64,000 bases of DNA, taken from assembly GCA_965222375.1 (NCBI GenBank), contig CBDCTZ010000013.1, positions 448,001-512,000 on the forward strand, given 5' to 3'. The notes under the pieces are model-generated. The model ran no database searches. It was not told the DNA's origin and saw only the letters and a list, made by a program, of their open reading frames with translations. The first letter of the stretch is position 1. Each line of letters opens with the position of its first letter. Shown here in pieces: positions 49,807 through 58,470 of this stretch. A program made the translations under genes and the position numbers. Source of the stretch: Polyangiaceae bacterium. GTDB lineage: Bacteria; Myxococcota_A; Polyangia; Polyangiales; Polyangiaceae.

Positions 49807-49931
49807 GGCGCCGGCGCCCCGACGGAGCTGCGGACGCGCTTCGTGATACCCGACGGGGTGATGTGGCGGGCCCAACCAAGGCCCGCCCGCAGCGTAGCCC
49901 CTCCCAGTCGGATCCACACCTGTCGCCGGCG
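49807..49931 (-). repeat. Inverted repeat A (right, unit 2) with ~26-nt insertion in the bulge
   Basis: GCTGCGG-[acgcg...atgtg]-GCGGGCC-caaccaa-GGCCCGC-CCGCAGC; flanks match 46078-46176. Confidence 0.85.
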
Positions 49932-50488
49932 ACAATCTCCGCAACTCACATCGCGCTTGCCCGACAAGTTGTTCCCGCCCGATGGGAGGGCACCGTACAG
50001 AATTTCGCGCAACTGAATCTTCAGTGGGCCGACCAAGTTACCCACCCGCCCTGGGGCCCTCTTGTCACAGAGTTGCCACGCCACGCTTTCCCCTATCAGC
50101 CTTCCGTCTCAGTGGCGGAGCGTGCGTCACGCTACGCTTTCTACGACCACCGCGTCACTTCGGGACGCAGCTCGGTCTGCTACGCCACGCATTCTATGGG
50201 CAGCGCTCGCCACAACGCCGTCCAAGCGTGGCTCCCGTTGGAGCAAGCATTCGCAATGCATGGCCCCGCTCGAGAGTAGTGGCCCAGTGCCGCCCCATTG
50301 CCCCGACCCCAAAACCAAACGGCCGAGTCAAGTCTGGCGCGGGAGCCACGCTCGCCATTGAGTTCCACGTACTTCCCGGTACGGGGGTACTGCCGCGCGG
50401 TCTGCGCGAAGGCCAAGGCACCCGCGGCGTAATCTCAGCTCAGACCGTGTTCGCCCGCTGCAGGCAGGCACCTGCGGCGTAGCGGAGC

Positions 50489-51979
50489 TCAAACTTTGAG
50501 CGCGATATTCGCCTTTTGCAGCGCAGTCTTGAAGGTCGCCTTGTCGTTGGACTTCATGTAGGCCTCTTCGGGTTCGACGAGTCCGGCTTGCACGTGCTGC
50601 ATCAAGTGATCGTTCATGGTCTGCATGCCCATGTTGCGACCGGTCTGCAGCATGCTGGCGATCTGATAGGTCTTGCCTTCGCGGATCAGGTTCGAGATGG
50701 CGGGCGTCGTGATCAGAATTTCATATGCGGCGATGCGGCCGCCACCCTTCTTTTTGCACAGCACTTGAGCGATCACCCCACGTAGGCTTTCGCTGAGCAT
50801 GGTTCGGATCTGAGACTGCCGCTCATGAGGGAATTGGTCGATGACGCGGTCGATGGTGCTCGTGGCGCTCGTCGTGTGCAGGGTGCCGAACACGAGATGA
50901 CCAGTTTCGGCGGTTTCGATCGCAATGGCGATGGTTTCCAGGTCTCGCATCTCACCGACGAGCACGATGTCTGGGTCTTCACGCAGGGCGGCGCGCAGGG
51001 CTTTCTTGAAAGAGCGCGTATGGGTCCCGACCTCGCGCTGATTGACGAGGCAGCGCTTGTTGGGGTGCACGAATTCGATTGGATCTTCGATGGTGATGAT
51101 GTGGTCCGCGCGGTTCTGGTTGATGTAGTCGACCAGGGTCGCCAGGCTGGTGCTCTTGCCACTGCCTGTCGGACCGGTGACCACGACCAGGCCCTTGGTG
51201 AGCCAGCACAGATCCAGGACCTTTTCGGGTAATCCCAGCTTCTCGAAGGGCAGGATCTCGAAGGGGATCTGTCGGAACACGGCTCCCGGACCGTTGCGGT
51301 CCCGGAAATAGTTGGCGCGAAACCGGCTCAGGCCTTCGATGGAGTGGGCAAAATCAGTGTCCCACTCTTCTTCGAACTCCTTGCGGTTTCTCTCGGGCAA
51401 GATCTCCTGCATCAGCTGGGTCAGCGCCGCCGCGTCCAGGGCCTTGTGCCCTTCCAGCGTGGCCATGGCTCCGTGCAGTCGCACCATGGGTCCCGTGCCG
51501 GTGGTCAAGTGCAAGTCGCTCGCGTTGACGCGCACCATCTCGCGTAGCAGCAGGTTCATTCGCGGTTCGCCCGGCTTCGCGTTCACGCGAGGCACCGAGA
51601 TGCTCGGCCTGTTGCGCGGAACTTGAGGCATGGGCGGCTCGAGCTTCGGGCGACGCGCAGCCGCTGCAGCCGCCCCCGCTGCATCTGCTGGGGAAACCGT
51701 CAGCCGCCAACCCTCTTTGCTCAGGACTTGCACAGCCAGTTGGAACTTGAGCCCGTCCAGGTCATGGAAGAAGCTGGCCTTTCGACTGCGCGCAAGCTCT
51801 TGCAGGGTGGCTTCGTCCGCGGCTTCTTTCACGATGAACACGACTTCCTTGTGCTCGACGCGCGTGGAGCTGAGGCGTTCGCCGGTTTGGAAGCGGAACT
51901 TGGCCGGCTGATTGCTTTCTAGCTCCATGGCTTCGGCGCCATGGCGAATCAGGTGCTGGATGTAGGCGTCAATCCGCAT
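50489..51979 (-). CDS. pilT: Type IV pilus retraction ATPase (PilT/PilU family) with N-terminal extension
   Basis: ASDLHL, TGPTGSGKSTS, IEDPIEF, ALREDPDIVLVGEMRD, GHLVFGTLHT, AISNLIREGK, GMQTM. Confidence 0.92.
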   Translation of the reverse strand: MRIDAYIQHLIRHGAEAMELESNQPAKFRFQTGERLSSTRVEHKEVVFIVKEAADEATLQELARSRKASFFHDLDGLKFQLAVQVLSKEGWRLTVSPADAAGAAAAAARRPKLEPPMPQVPRNRPSISVPRVNAKPGEPRMNLLLREMVRVNASDLHLTTGTGPMVRLHGAMATLEGHKALDAAALTQLMQEILPERNRKEFEEEWDTDFAHSIEGLSRFRANYFRDRNGPGAVFRQIPFEILPFEKLGLPEKVLDLCWLTKGLVVVTGPTGSGKSTSLATLVDYINQNRADHIITIEDPIEFVHPNKRCLVNQREVGTHTRSFKKALRAALREDPDIVLVGEMRDLETIAIAIETAETGHLVFGTLHTTSATSTIDRVIDQFPHERQSQIRTMLSESLRGVIAQVLCKKKGGGRIAAYEILITTPAISNLIREGKTYQIASMLQTGRNMGMQTMNDHLMQHVQAGLVEPEEAYMKSNDKATFKTALQKANIALKV

Positions 51980-52030
51980 CCTGCCAGCATTGGCAGGCCT
52001 AGCTGCGGCAGGCAATGCAGAAGCGGCCGC

Positions 52031-52639
52031 TCAGGTGTCAATGCTTTGGCGCTCGAGCCCGACCAGGAAGACTTCCGAGCTAGTCTGGCGGGTACCTTTG
52101 GGACGAATCGTCTTTTCTTTGGCAAAGGCGCGTCGAACGGCCGCGCGAGCCTCCTCGTAGTCGCCACTCATGAATAGCTTGGCAACGAAGTGTCCGCCGG
52201 GCTTCAAGTGCTCGAGCGCCACTTCAAGGGCTTTCATGAACAGCTCGAAGGAGCGCGCTTGGTCTTGTGCCTTGTTCCCGGTGGTGGCCGGCGCCATGTC
52301 GCTGAGCACGACATCGTAGGGAGAGAAGACCGCCAGTTCTTCGCTGCCCAGCGCGAGGGCATCGCCCTGGACAGCAACGACGTTGGCGGGAAACGCTTGA
52401 CGGATTTCTTGGAGATCGATGGCTAGAACCTGACCCCTTGGGCCGACGCGCTGAGACGCATACAAAGACCAGGACCCCGGCGCGGCGCCGAGATCGAGGA
52501 TGGTTTGACCTCGCGCCAGCAGCTGAACCCGGCGGTCGATTTCCTCTAGCTTGAAGACGCTGCGGGCAGGGTAGCCGCTGGCCTTGGCGCTCTTCGTGCG
52601 CGCGTCGCCCCGAGCGTAGGGGTTGTTTCGCTTGCTCAT
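52031..52639 (-). CDS. rlmE: 23S rRNA Um2552 methyltransferase (RlmE/FtsJ)
   Basis: ARSVFKLEEID, LDLGAAPGSWS, VLSDMAP, FVAKLF, SSEVFLV (K-D-K-E tetrad). Confidence 0.93.
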   Translation of the reverse strand: MSKRNNPYARGDARTKSAKASGYPARSVFKLEEIDRRVQLLARGQTILDLGAAPGSWSLYASQRVGPRGQVLAIDLQEIRQAFPANVVAVQGDALALGSEELAVFSPYDVVLSDMAPATTGNKAQDQARSFELFMKALEVALEHLKPGGHFVAKLFMSGDYEEARAAVRRAFAKEKTIRPKGTRQTSSEVFLVGLERQSIDT

Positions 52640-52774
52640 TGCGGCCTCCAGCGGAGGGCTGTGCGGGCGCTGGAAAGCGTGTTCACGGCCGGCGCCCCTC
52701 GCCCTTGGGAGAAACTCTTCGGGCATCGCCCCTTCGGGGACTACGGAGCGCGTCGCAAGCGCGCAGCCTGCATG

Positions 52775-53359
52775 TCAGCCCTTCGCGAGCTTGGTCAAAA
52801 CACCTCGCGAAACGCCCTTGAGGGTCTCGAACACACCCTCACCGGTGCGAGCACTCGCGTCGAAGTCCGGTAGACCACGGGGATTGAGAATCCGCCGAAG
52901 CTCTTCGGACGGAACCACGTTTGGCAGGTCGCGCTTGTTGTATTGAACGACGTAGGGCAGCCCCTCGAGGGAAAGCCCGTGCTCGGTCAGGTTGTGGTGC
53001 AGGTTGTCGACGCTCTCCTGGTTCGCTTCCAGGCGCTCTTCCTGGGAATCCGCAACGAAAACCACTCCGTCGGCCCCCTTGAGGATGAGCTTGCGGCTGG
53101 CGTCGTAGAAGACCTGACCGGGTACGGTGTACAGATGCAGCCGGATCTTGAACCCCTTCACGGAGCCGAGATCCAACGGCATGAAGTCGAAAAACAAGGT
53201 GCGTTCGGTTTCCGTGGCCAGGGAGATCATCTTGCCTTTGGCCGCCGGATTCGTCTTTTCGAAGATGTACTGCAGGTTGGTGGTCTTCCCACACAAGCCC
53301 GGGCCGTAGTAGACGACCTTGCAGTTGATCTCCTTCGTCATGTGATTGATGAAGCTCAT
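52775..53359 (-). CDS. mglA: MglA-family small GTPase
   Basis: MSFIN...[43 protein letters not shown]. Confidence 0.93.
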   Translation of the reverse strand: MSFINHMTKEINCKVVYYGPGLCGKTTNLQYIFEKTNPAAKGKMISLATETERTLFFDFMPLDLGSVKGFKIRLHLYTVPGQVFYDASRKLILKGADGVVFVADSQEERLEANQESVDNLHHNLTEHGLSLEGLPYVVQYNKRDLPNVVPSEELRRILNPRGLPDFDASARTGEGVFETLKGVSRGVLTKLAKG

Positions 53360-53381
53360 TTTCGAATCTTTCTAGGCGGGC

Positions 53382-53939
53382 TCAGGCGAGGGCGGCACGA
53401 ACGGTCTGAGCCATCTGCTGGGTCAAGGCGGACACTTGGTCCGGCTCACAGCCGAGGTGGTGCCCCAAGTCTGACAGGGCGCTGGCCTCGGCCTGTGCCA
53501 GCTTTCCGTCTGCCATGGCTACGAGTGCAGCGAAACAAAGCGCCTGCTGACGCGCCGTCTCGTCGCCAAAGTCTTCCGCCGCGCGACGTAGCCGTTCCCG
53601 GCGCCCCAGCATCTCGCAGGCGTCATCCAAGTCGCGAAAGTGAAGCTCCAAAGTATCGTGGTCCACGGCAGACTGAGTGACGCTCTCGAGAAGGCGGGCC
53701 AAAGCGCTGCGCTCCTCGTCCGCGAAACCATCCGCCGAAGCAACAAGGTAGCTGACTTCCAGAATCGCTTGGAAGTACTTCGAGACCTCATCTTCCGGGT
53801 TGTCGCGTGTGAGTTCCGCCCCCTGCTTCAATCTCGCCGAGGTCGGAAGGTTGTCGCTGGCACGAGTCAGCGTCGCTTCAATCGCAGATTGAAGCTTCGC
53901 GGTCTCGTACTGCGAGAAATCTACTTCCATCGCCGCCAT
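53382..53939 (-). CDS. TerB-like (tellurite-resistance) domain protein
   Basis: Two metal-binding half-repeats, LVASADGFADEE and VAMADGKLAQAE. Confidence 0.8.
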   Translation of the reverse strand: MAAMEVDFSQYETAKLQSAIEATLTRASDNLPTSARLKQGAELTRDNPEDEVSKYFQAILEVSYLVASADGFADEERSALARLLESVTQSAVDHDTLELHFRDLDDACEMLGRRERLRRAAEDFGDETARQQALCFAALVAMADGKLAQAEASALSDLGHHLGCEPDQVSALTQQMAQTVRAALA

Positions 53940-54004
53940 GTTGAGTCCATGCCACGGCTCCGGAGAAGCTTCAACGCAGCCGTCCGAGCATCCGGCTGCG
54001 GGTC

Positions 54005-55666
54005 TCACTCCAGACGGATCCAGACGCTTTTGGATGGCTCGGGCCCCTTGGGTCCGTCCGGAAAGTCGGGCCCGGGAACCGCGTCCTTCATCTGCGCAAC
54101 GGACCGCTTTGCGTCGCGCGCCGCCAAGTGCAGTGCACGGCGAAGTCTCTGAACCGAGGTCTTGCGGTGATTGGTGACCGCGAGCAGCATGCCCCCCGGG
54201 TCGAGTAGCTCGAGGCTGTCACGAGCAAGCTTTTCGTAGTGATCCGCCACGTTGAAGGTCGATCGGCGCCCGCGCGTGCCAAAGCTCGGGGGGTCGAGGA
54301 TGACGATGTCGAAGCGCTGGCCACGTCGCCGGGCGCGCCCCAGGAACTCGAAGACGTCTTCTTTGACGATTCGACTGTCGGCAGCGGGAGCATTGTCCTC
54401 GAGACTCAGCTTGGCGCGGGTCAGGGCGCGGCCCGAGATATCGACGCTGGTCACCTGGCTGGCGCCCCCTGATGCGGCAGCGACGGAAAACGAACCCGTG
54501 TAGCAAAACAGGTTCAGGACTCGCTTGCCGCCCGCACGCTCACGCACAATCTCTCGGTTGTTCCGCTGATCTAAAAATAGTCCCGTGGACAGGCCGTCTC
54601 CGAGCCAGACTGGCAACTGCAGGCTTCCCTCGCGCACCCAAAGGGGGGTGGGCGCGGGCTCGCCCGCGTCGGGCAGGCTGGGCGCCGCTTCCTCCACGTC
54701 GACTTTGCGGGAGTCCACCCGGGTTCGCCGCCTCACGTACACACCCCGAGCGCCCAAGCCCATGAAGAAGGCGACGAGTTCGTCGCGACGCGCTTCGGCC
54801 GCAGCACTACCCAGCGAAAGCACGATCCAGCCTGCGTAGTAGTCCGCCTCGACACCCGGCAGAGCATCGCCCCAGCCGCTTACCAGACGTAGGGCTTCGC
54901 AACGGTGCAATAGCGGATTGCGATGGCACAAGGCATCGCGCAGTTGGCGCTGCATGGTTTCCTCGCCTCCGAGGTCGTCCAGCTCACCGTGCAATGCGGC
55001 GTCGAAATCCGGTGGCCTGGGCGAATCGAAGTGGCGACCCAGAATACCAAGATGCTGCGCGTGAAGCATCAAGCGGTGGGCCAGCGCGCCCCCATACGTC
55101 CTGTCCCCGACGATGGGCACACCAGCGTGAGCCAGCTGCACCCGCAACTGGTGAGTGCGTCCAGTTTCCGGGCGCAGCTCGAGCATTGCACGCGACCCGA
55201 CGCGACGGAGCACCTTGAATCGTGTGCTCGCGAGCTTTCCTCCATCTTCGACCACGCGGACGCGCCCGTGCTTCAAGGGGGCTAGTCTGCACTCCAGTCT
55301 GCCCTGATCCTCTATTCGGCCGCCTTGCACCACAGCGCAGTACACGCGGCTCAGTTGGTGTTCCCGGAACGCGGCTGCAATTTGGGAGTCGAGCTCCGGC
55401 GAGCGGGTGAAGAGCAAGACTCCCGAAGTTTCCTGGTCGAGGCGTTGATGCACGCCCAAGCGCGGCTTGGTTCCGCCGCGACAGCGAAGGTACTCGGTCA
55501 ACCGCGTCGTCACGCTCCCGGGCACGTCCGCACCACCGTGGACGGGCAGGTGGACGGGCTTGTCGACGACGAGCAGGTCATTCGACTCCAGCACTCGCTC
55601 GTCGAGCCAGGCGGACTCGAGAGCATCCATCAGACTGGCCTGGGGCCCGAAGAACCCAAGCGACAC
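54005..55666 (-). CDS. Fused RluA-family pseudouridine synthase + RlmI/RlmK-like SAM methyltransferase
   Basis: VVDKP, HQRLDQETSG, GRTHQLRV, LMLHA (RluA); TGLFLDQR, VLNLFCYTGSFS, VILDPPSF (RlmI/K); one uninterrupted frame. Confidence 0.88.
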   Translation of the reverse strand: MSLGFFGPQASLMDALESAWLDERVLESNDLLVVDKPVHLPVHGGADVPGSVTTRLTEYLRCRGGTKPRLGVHQRLDQETSGVLLFTRSPELDSQIAAAFREHQLSRVYCAVVQGGRIEDQGRLECRLAPLKHGRVRVVEDGGKLASTRFKVLRRVGSRAMLELRPETGRTHQLRVQLAHAGVPIVGDRTYGGALAHRLMLHAQHLGILGRHFDSPRPPDFDAALHGELDDLGGEETMQRQLRDALCHRNPLLHRCEALRLVSGWGDALPGVEADYYAGWIVLSLGSAAAEARRDELVAFFMGLGARGVYVRRRTRVDSRKVDVEEAAPSLPDAGEPAPTPLWVREGSLQLPVWLGDGLSTGLFLDQRNNREIVRERAGGKRVLNLFCYTGSFSVAAASGGASQVTSVDISGRALTRAKLSLEDNAPAADSRIVKEDVFEFLGRARRRGQRFDIVILDPPSFGTRGRRSTFNVADHYEKLARDSLELLDPGGMLLAVTNHRKTSVQRLRRALHLAARDAKRSVAQMKDAVPGPDFPDGPKGPEPSKSVWIRLE

Positions 55667-55674
55667 GCGCTAGG

Positions 55675-56343
55675 TCAGCTGGCGGGCTTGCCTTCGTTCT
55701 TCTTCTTGACGGCGCCGTTGACGTGAACGACCCCGTTCTTGGAACCGGGCACACCACCTCGGACGAGGAGCAAGCCTTGATCAGGAATGACCTTCACGAT
55801 GCGCTGGCTGAGCACGGTGATGGTTCGGTTACCGTGCTGACCGGGCATCTTGCGACCCGGCATCACTCGACCAGGCGTCATGTTGGTACCGATGGATCCG
55901 CCGTGGCGCATGTATTCATGGGCACCATGGCTGGCGCCGCTGCCGCGGAATCCGTAGCGCTTCATTACTCCGGTGAAGCCACGACCTTTCGTTGTGCCCT
56001 GGACGTCAATGAACTGCCCCTCTTGGAAAATCTCGTCTAGCTTGAGCTCTTGCCCAATCTCGAAGCCGGCTGCGGCTTCCGCCGTGCAACGCACCTCGCG
56101 CACGACTTTCTGCGCGGGCACGTTGCCCTTCTTGAAGAAGCCCGCCATGGGCTTGTTCGTAGCCTTCGCCTTACGCTCGCCCATGCCGACGATGAGCGCG
56201 TCGTAGCCGTCTTTGTCCTGGGTCCGCTTGCCCACGACGATAGGTGTGGACTCGATGACGGTGCAGGGAATGACCGTACCGTCTTCGGTAAAGAATTGCG
56301 TCATGCCGAGCTTGCGGCCGATGACGCCGATGTTCTTGTTCAT
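55675..56343 (-). CDS. rplC: 50S ribosomal protein L3
   Basis: GRKLGMTQ, DGYDAL, GTTKGRGFTGVMKR, HGGSIG, KMPGQHG, VRGGVPG; AGGAG RBS. Confidence 0.97.
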   Translation of the reverse strand: MNKNIGVIGRKLGMTQFFTEDGTVIPCTVIESTPIVVGKRTQDKDGYDALIVGMGERKAKATNKPMAGFFKKGNVPAQKVVREVRCTAEAAAGFEIGQELKLDEIFQEGQFIDVQGTTKGRGFTGVMKRYGFRGSGASHGAHEYMRHGGSIGTNMTPGRVMPGRKMPGQHGNRTITVLSQRIVKVIPDQGLLLVRGGVPGSKNGVVHVNGAVKKKNEGKPAS

Positions 56344-56423
56344 GTCTGACTCCTGGTTGCCGAGTTCGGTCGCGATGCGCCGAAGCCGGGCCGAGGTGGA
56401 CCCACGATAACGCGGGGGACGGG

Positions 56424-56453
56424 CTTTTAGCGCCGGGGCCCGGGATGGGTCAA
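56424..56453 (-). promoter_or_regulatory. Putative sigma-70 promoter for rplC
   Basis: Minus strand TTGACC-N18-TAAAAG. Confidence 0.4.
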
Positions 56454-56485
56454 GGGTGGGGCCTGATTTCTGCGCTGGAATCGCA

Positions 56486-56513
56486 TTGACGGGCCCGGGA
56501 ACAAATGCATAAT
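56486..56513 (+). promoter_or_regulatory. Putative sigma-70 promoter for rplS
   Basis: TTGACG-N16-CATAAT, 36 nt upstream of the ATG. Confidence 0.55.
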
Positions 56514-56549
56514 CCCGCACCCCGTCTTTTTCGGCCCCCGAGGACCGCC

Positions 56550-56906
56550 ATGTCGATCATCAGCTCCAAGGTTGAAGCCCTAGAAAAGGGCTTCTTGCGC
56601 GATTTACCCGCCTTCCGCGTGGGTGACACGGTTGCCGTGCACTACCGCATCGTCGAGGGCGACAAGCTCCGAACCCAGGTTTTCCGCGGTACCGTGATCA
56701 AGCGGCACCGATCGGGCGCGCGAAGCACTTTCACGGTCCGCAAGACCAGCTTCAACGTCGGCGTAGAGCGCGTTTTTCCCCTACATTCCCCGAGAATCGA
56801 GAAAATCGAGGTCGTTTCTCAGGGTGTGGTGCGCCAGGCTCGGCTGTTCTACCTCCGCGGACTGTCCGGCAAGGCCGCCCGGATCAAGGACGTAAAAGAC
56901 ATCTAG
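56550..56906 (+). CDS. rplS: 50S ribosomal protein L19
   Basis: [31 protein letters not shown]...[22 protein letters not shown]. Confidence 0.97.
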   Translation: MSIISSKVEALEKGFLRDLPAFRVGDTVAVHYRIVEGDKLRTQVFRGTVIKRHRSGARSTFTVRKTSFNVGVERVFPLHSPRIEKIEVVSQGVVRQARLFYLRGLSGKAARIKDVKDI

Positions 56907-57011
56907 CTTGTTTTCGCGGGGGCTGGGCGTAGCAGGGCTACCCATTCGGAGTGGAACGGGTATGCTGGCGCGCGCCGCGCGCCGCGCGGTTCGCTCGCCC
57001 GGAGGAGAAGC

Positions 57012-58445
57012 ATGATCGCGTGTCCGCGCTGCGGCATCTCGAACCAGCCCACCAGTAAGTTCTGCGCGTCCTGCGGTGCGCCACTGCCCGCCTCGGGACA
57101 GCCTGGCGCAGGAGGCGCACCACCCGCGGCCCCCGCCTGGGGACCACCTGGCGGGCAGGCGCCACCTCCAGCGGGGACCGCCCCGGGACCCTACGGTCCC
57201 AGTGCTCCGGCACCCGGCGGCGCGCCGCCCGGACCCTTTGGTCCACCGGGGCAGTCGCCGCCCCCGGGGCAGCCGCCCCAACAAGGTCAACCGCCCACGG
57301 GCGCACCGCCTCAACAAGGCGCACCGCCGCCCGGGTGGGGACCGCCCGGCGGCCAAGGTAGTCCCCCAGGCGCTCCCGGTGGCCCACCGCCGGGTGGGCC
57401 AGGCGGACCGCCTGGTGCAGGTGGCTACGGACCACCTCCGGGCTGGGGCCCGCCAGGAGGCGCACAACCAGCCCCGCCAGGGGTACGCGTCGGTACCCCG
57501 GAGGGTCTGAACCCTTTCGGCGCAACAATGACCCCGGATGGCGGCGGCGCTCCCGGCGCCAGCCCCTACGGTCCACCGCCTGGCGGACCAGGCGGGCAAC
57601 TTCCGGCGGGACCTCCCGGTGGTCCACCTCCGGGCGCTCCCGGCGGTCCACCTCCAGGCGCTGCAGGACCTCTGGGAGCTCCAATCCCGGGCGGACCGGG
57701 TGGCGCACCGCCTCCAGGCGGACCACCTCCGGGCGGACCGGGTGGCGCACCGCCTCCAGGCGGACCACCTCCGGGCGGACCAAGTGGCGCGCCGCCTCCA
57801 GGCGGACCACCTCCGGGCGGACCAAGTGGCGCGCCGCCTGCGGGTGGACCGGCGGCGAATGCGGCTCCCCCTGCTGCACCAACTCCCGGGCAGCCCCAAC
57901 GATGGAACGACCCGTCGGCCTTCGCGGCGACTGCGCCGCCACCCACCGCGGACGAACACGACGCCGCCAAGGGCCCCGGCCCCGCTGCCGGCGCCCCGAC
58001 ACCCGCTGCAGCCAAGAGCAGTGCACCAGCCGAGCCTGAGAAAGCACCTGCTCCCGAGGGCGAAAAAGACCCGGCGACGGAAATCGATGCGGGGGATCCG
58101 CTCAAGGTAGATGCTGATGCACCTCGGGTCTTGGCGGGGTTCCTGGTCAGCTACGAGGGCGACGACCTGGGAACGTTCTACCCACTGTACCAAGGCAAGA
58201 ACACCGTCGGCCGCAAGGAAGCTGCCGAGGGTTTGGACCTTGCCATCGACCATCCAACCACATCCTCGCGTCACGGCGTCATACACGCTTCCGCTCGCCC
58301 AGGTCGCGCGAAGATCGAGGACACCGGGAGCACGAACGGAACGTTCCTCAACGACGAAAAGATCCCCCACAACTCTCCCCACGAACTAGCTGACGGTGAT
58401 GAACTTCGCTTCGGCGGATACGCCTGCACCGTCAAGATCGTCTGA
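57012..58445 (+). CDS. Zinc-ribbon / Pro-Gly-rich / FHA domain protein
   Basis: CPRCG...FCASCG; C-terminal FHA VGR...SSRH...STNGT; GGAGGAG RBS. Confidence 0.9.
   Translation: MIACPRCGISNQPTSKFCASCGAPLPASGQPGAGGAPPAAPAWGPPGGQAPPPAGTAPGPYGPSAPAPGGAPPGPFGPPGQSPPPGQPPQQGQPPTGAPPQQGAPPPGWGPPGGQGSPPGAPGGPPPGGPGGPPGAGGYGPPPGWGPPGGAQPAPPGVRVGTPEGLNPFGATMTPDGGGAPGASPYGPPPGGPGGQLPAGPPGGPPPGAPGGPPPGAAGPLGAPIPGGPGGAPPPGGPPPGGPGGAPPPGGPPPGGPSGAPPPGGPPPGGPSGAPPAGGPAANAAPPAAPTPGQPQRWNDPSAFAATAPPPTADEHDAAKGPGPAAGAPTPAAAKSSAPAEPEKAPAPEGEKDPATEIDAGDPLKVDADAPRVLAGFLVSYEGDDLGTFYPLYQGKNTVGRKEAAEGLDLAIDHPTTSSRHGVIHASARPGRAKIEDTGSTNGTFLNDEKIPHNSPHELADGDELRFGGYACTVKIV
57690..57850 (+). repeat. Coding 42-nt tandem repeat (GGP(G/S)GAPPPGGPPP, ~3.5 copies)
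   Basis: Near-identical 42-nt units in frame within the FHA protein. Confidence 0.8.
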
Positions 58446-58470
58446 CCGGACGTTTGGAATACGAACAGCG

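Larger units (their letters stand above)
48198..50519 (-). mobile_element. Candidate HNH-nuclease element, unit 2 (IR-A, HNH, IR-A, module B, module C, abutting the pilT 3' end)
   Basis: Collinear with 44490-46677. Mobility is inferred, not shown. Confidence 0.6.

Noticed and set aside
57600..57860. Regularly spaced repeats resembling a CRISPR array
   Set aside because: These are contiguous in-frame 42-nt coding repeats (Pro/Gly) with no unique spacers and no cas genes.
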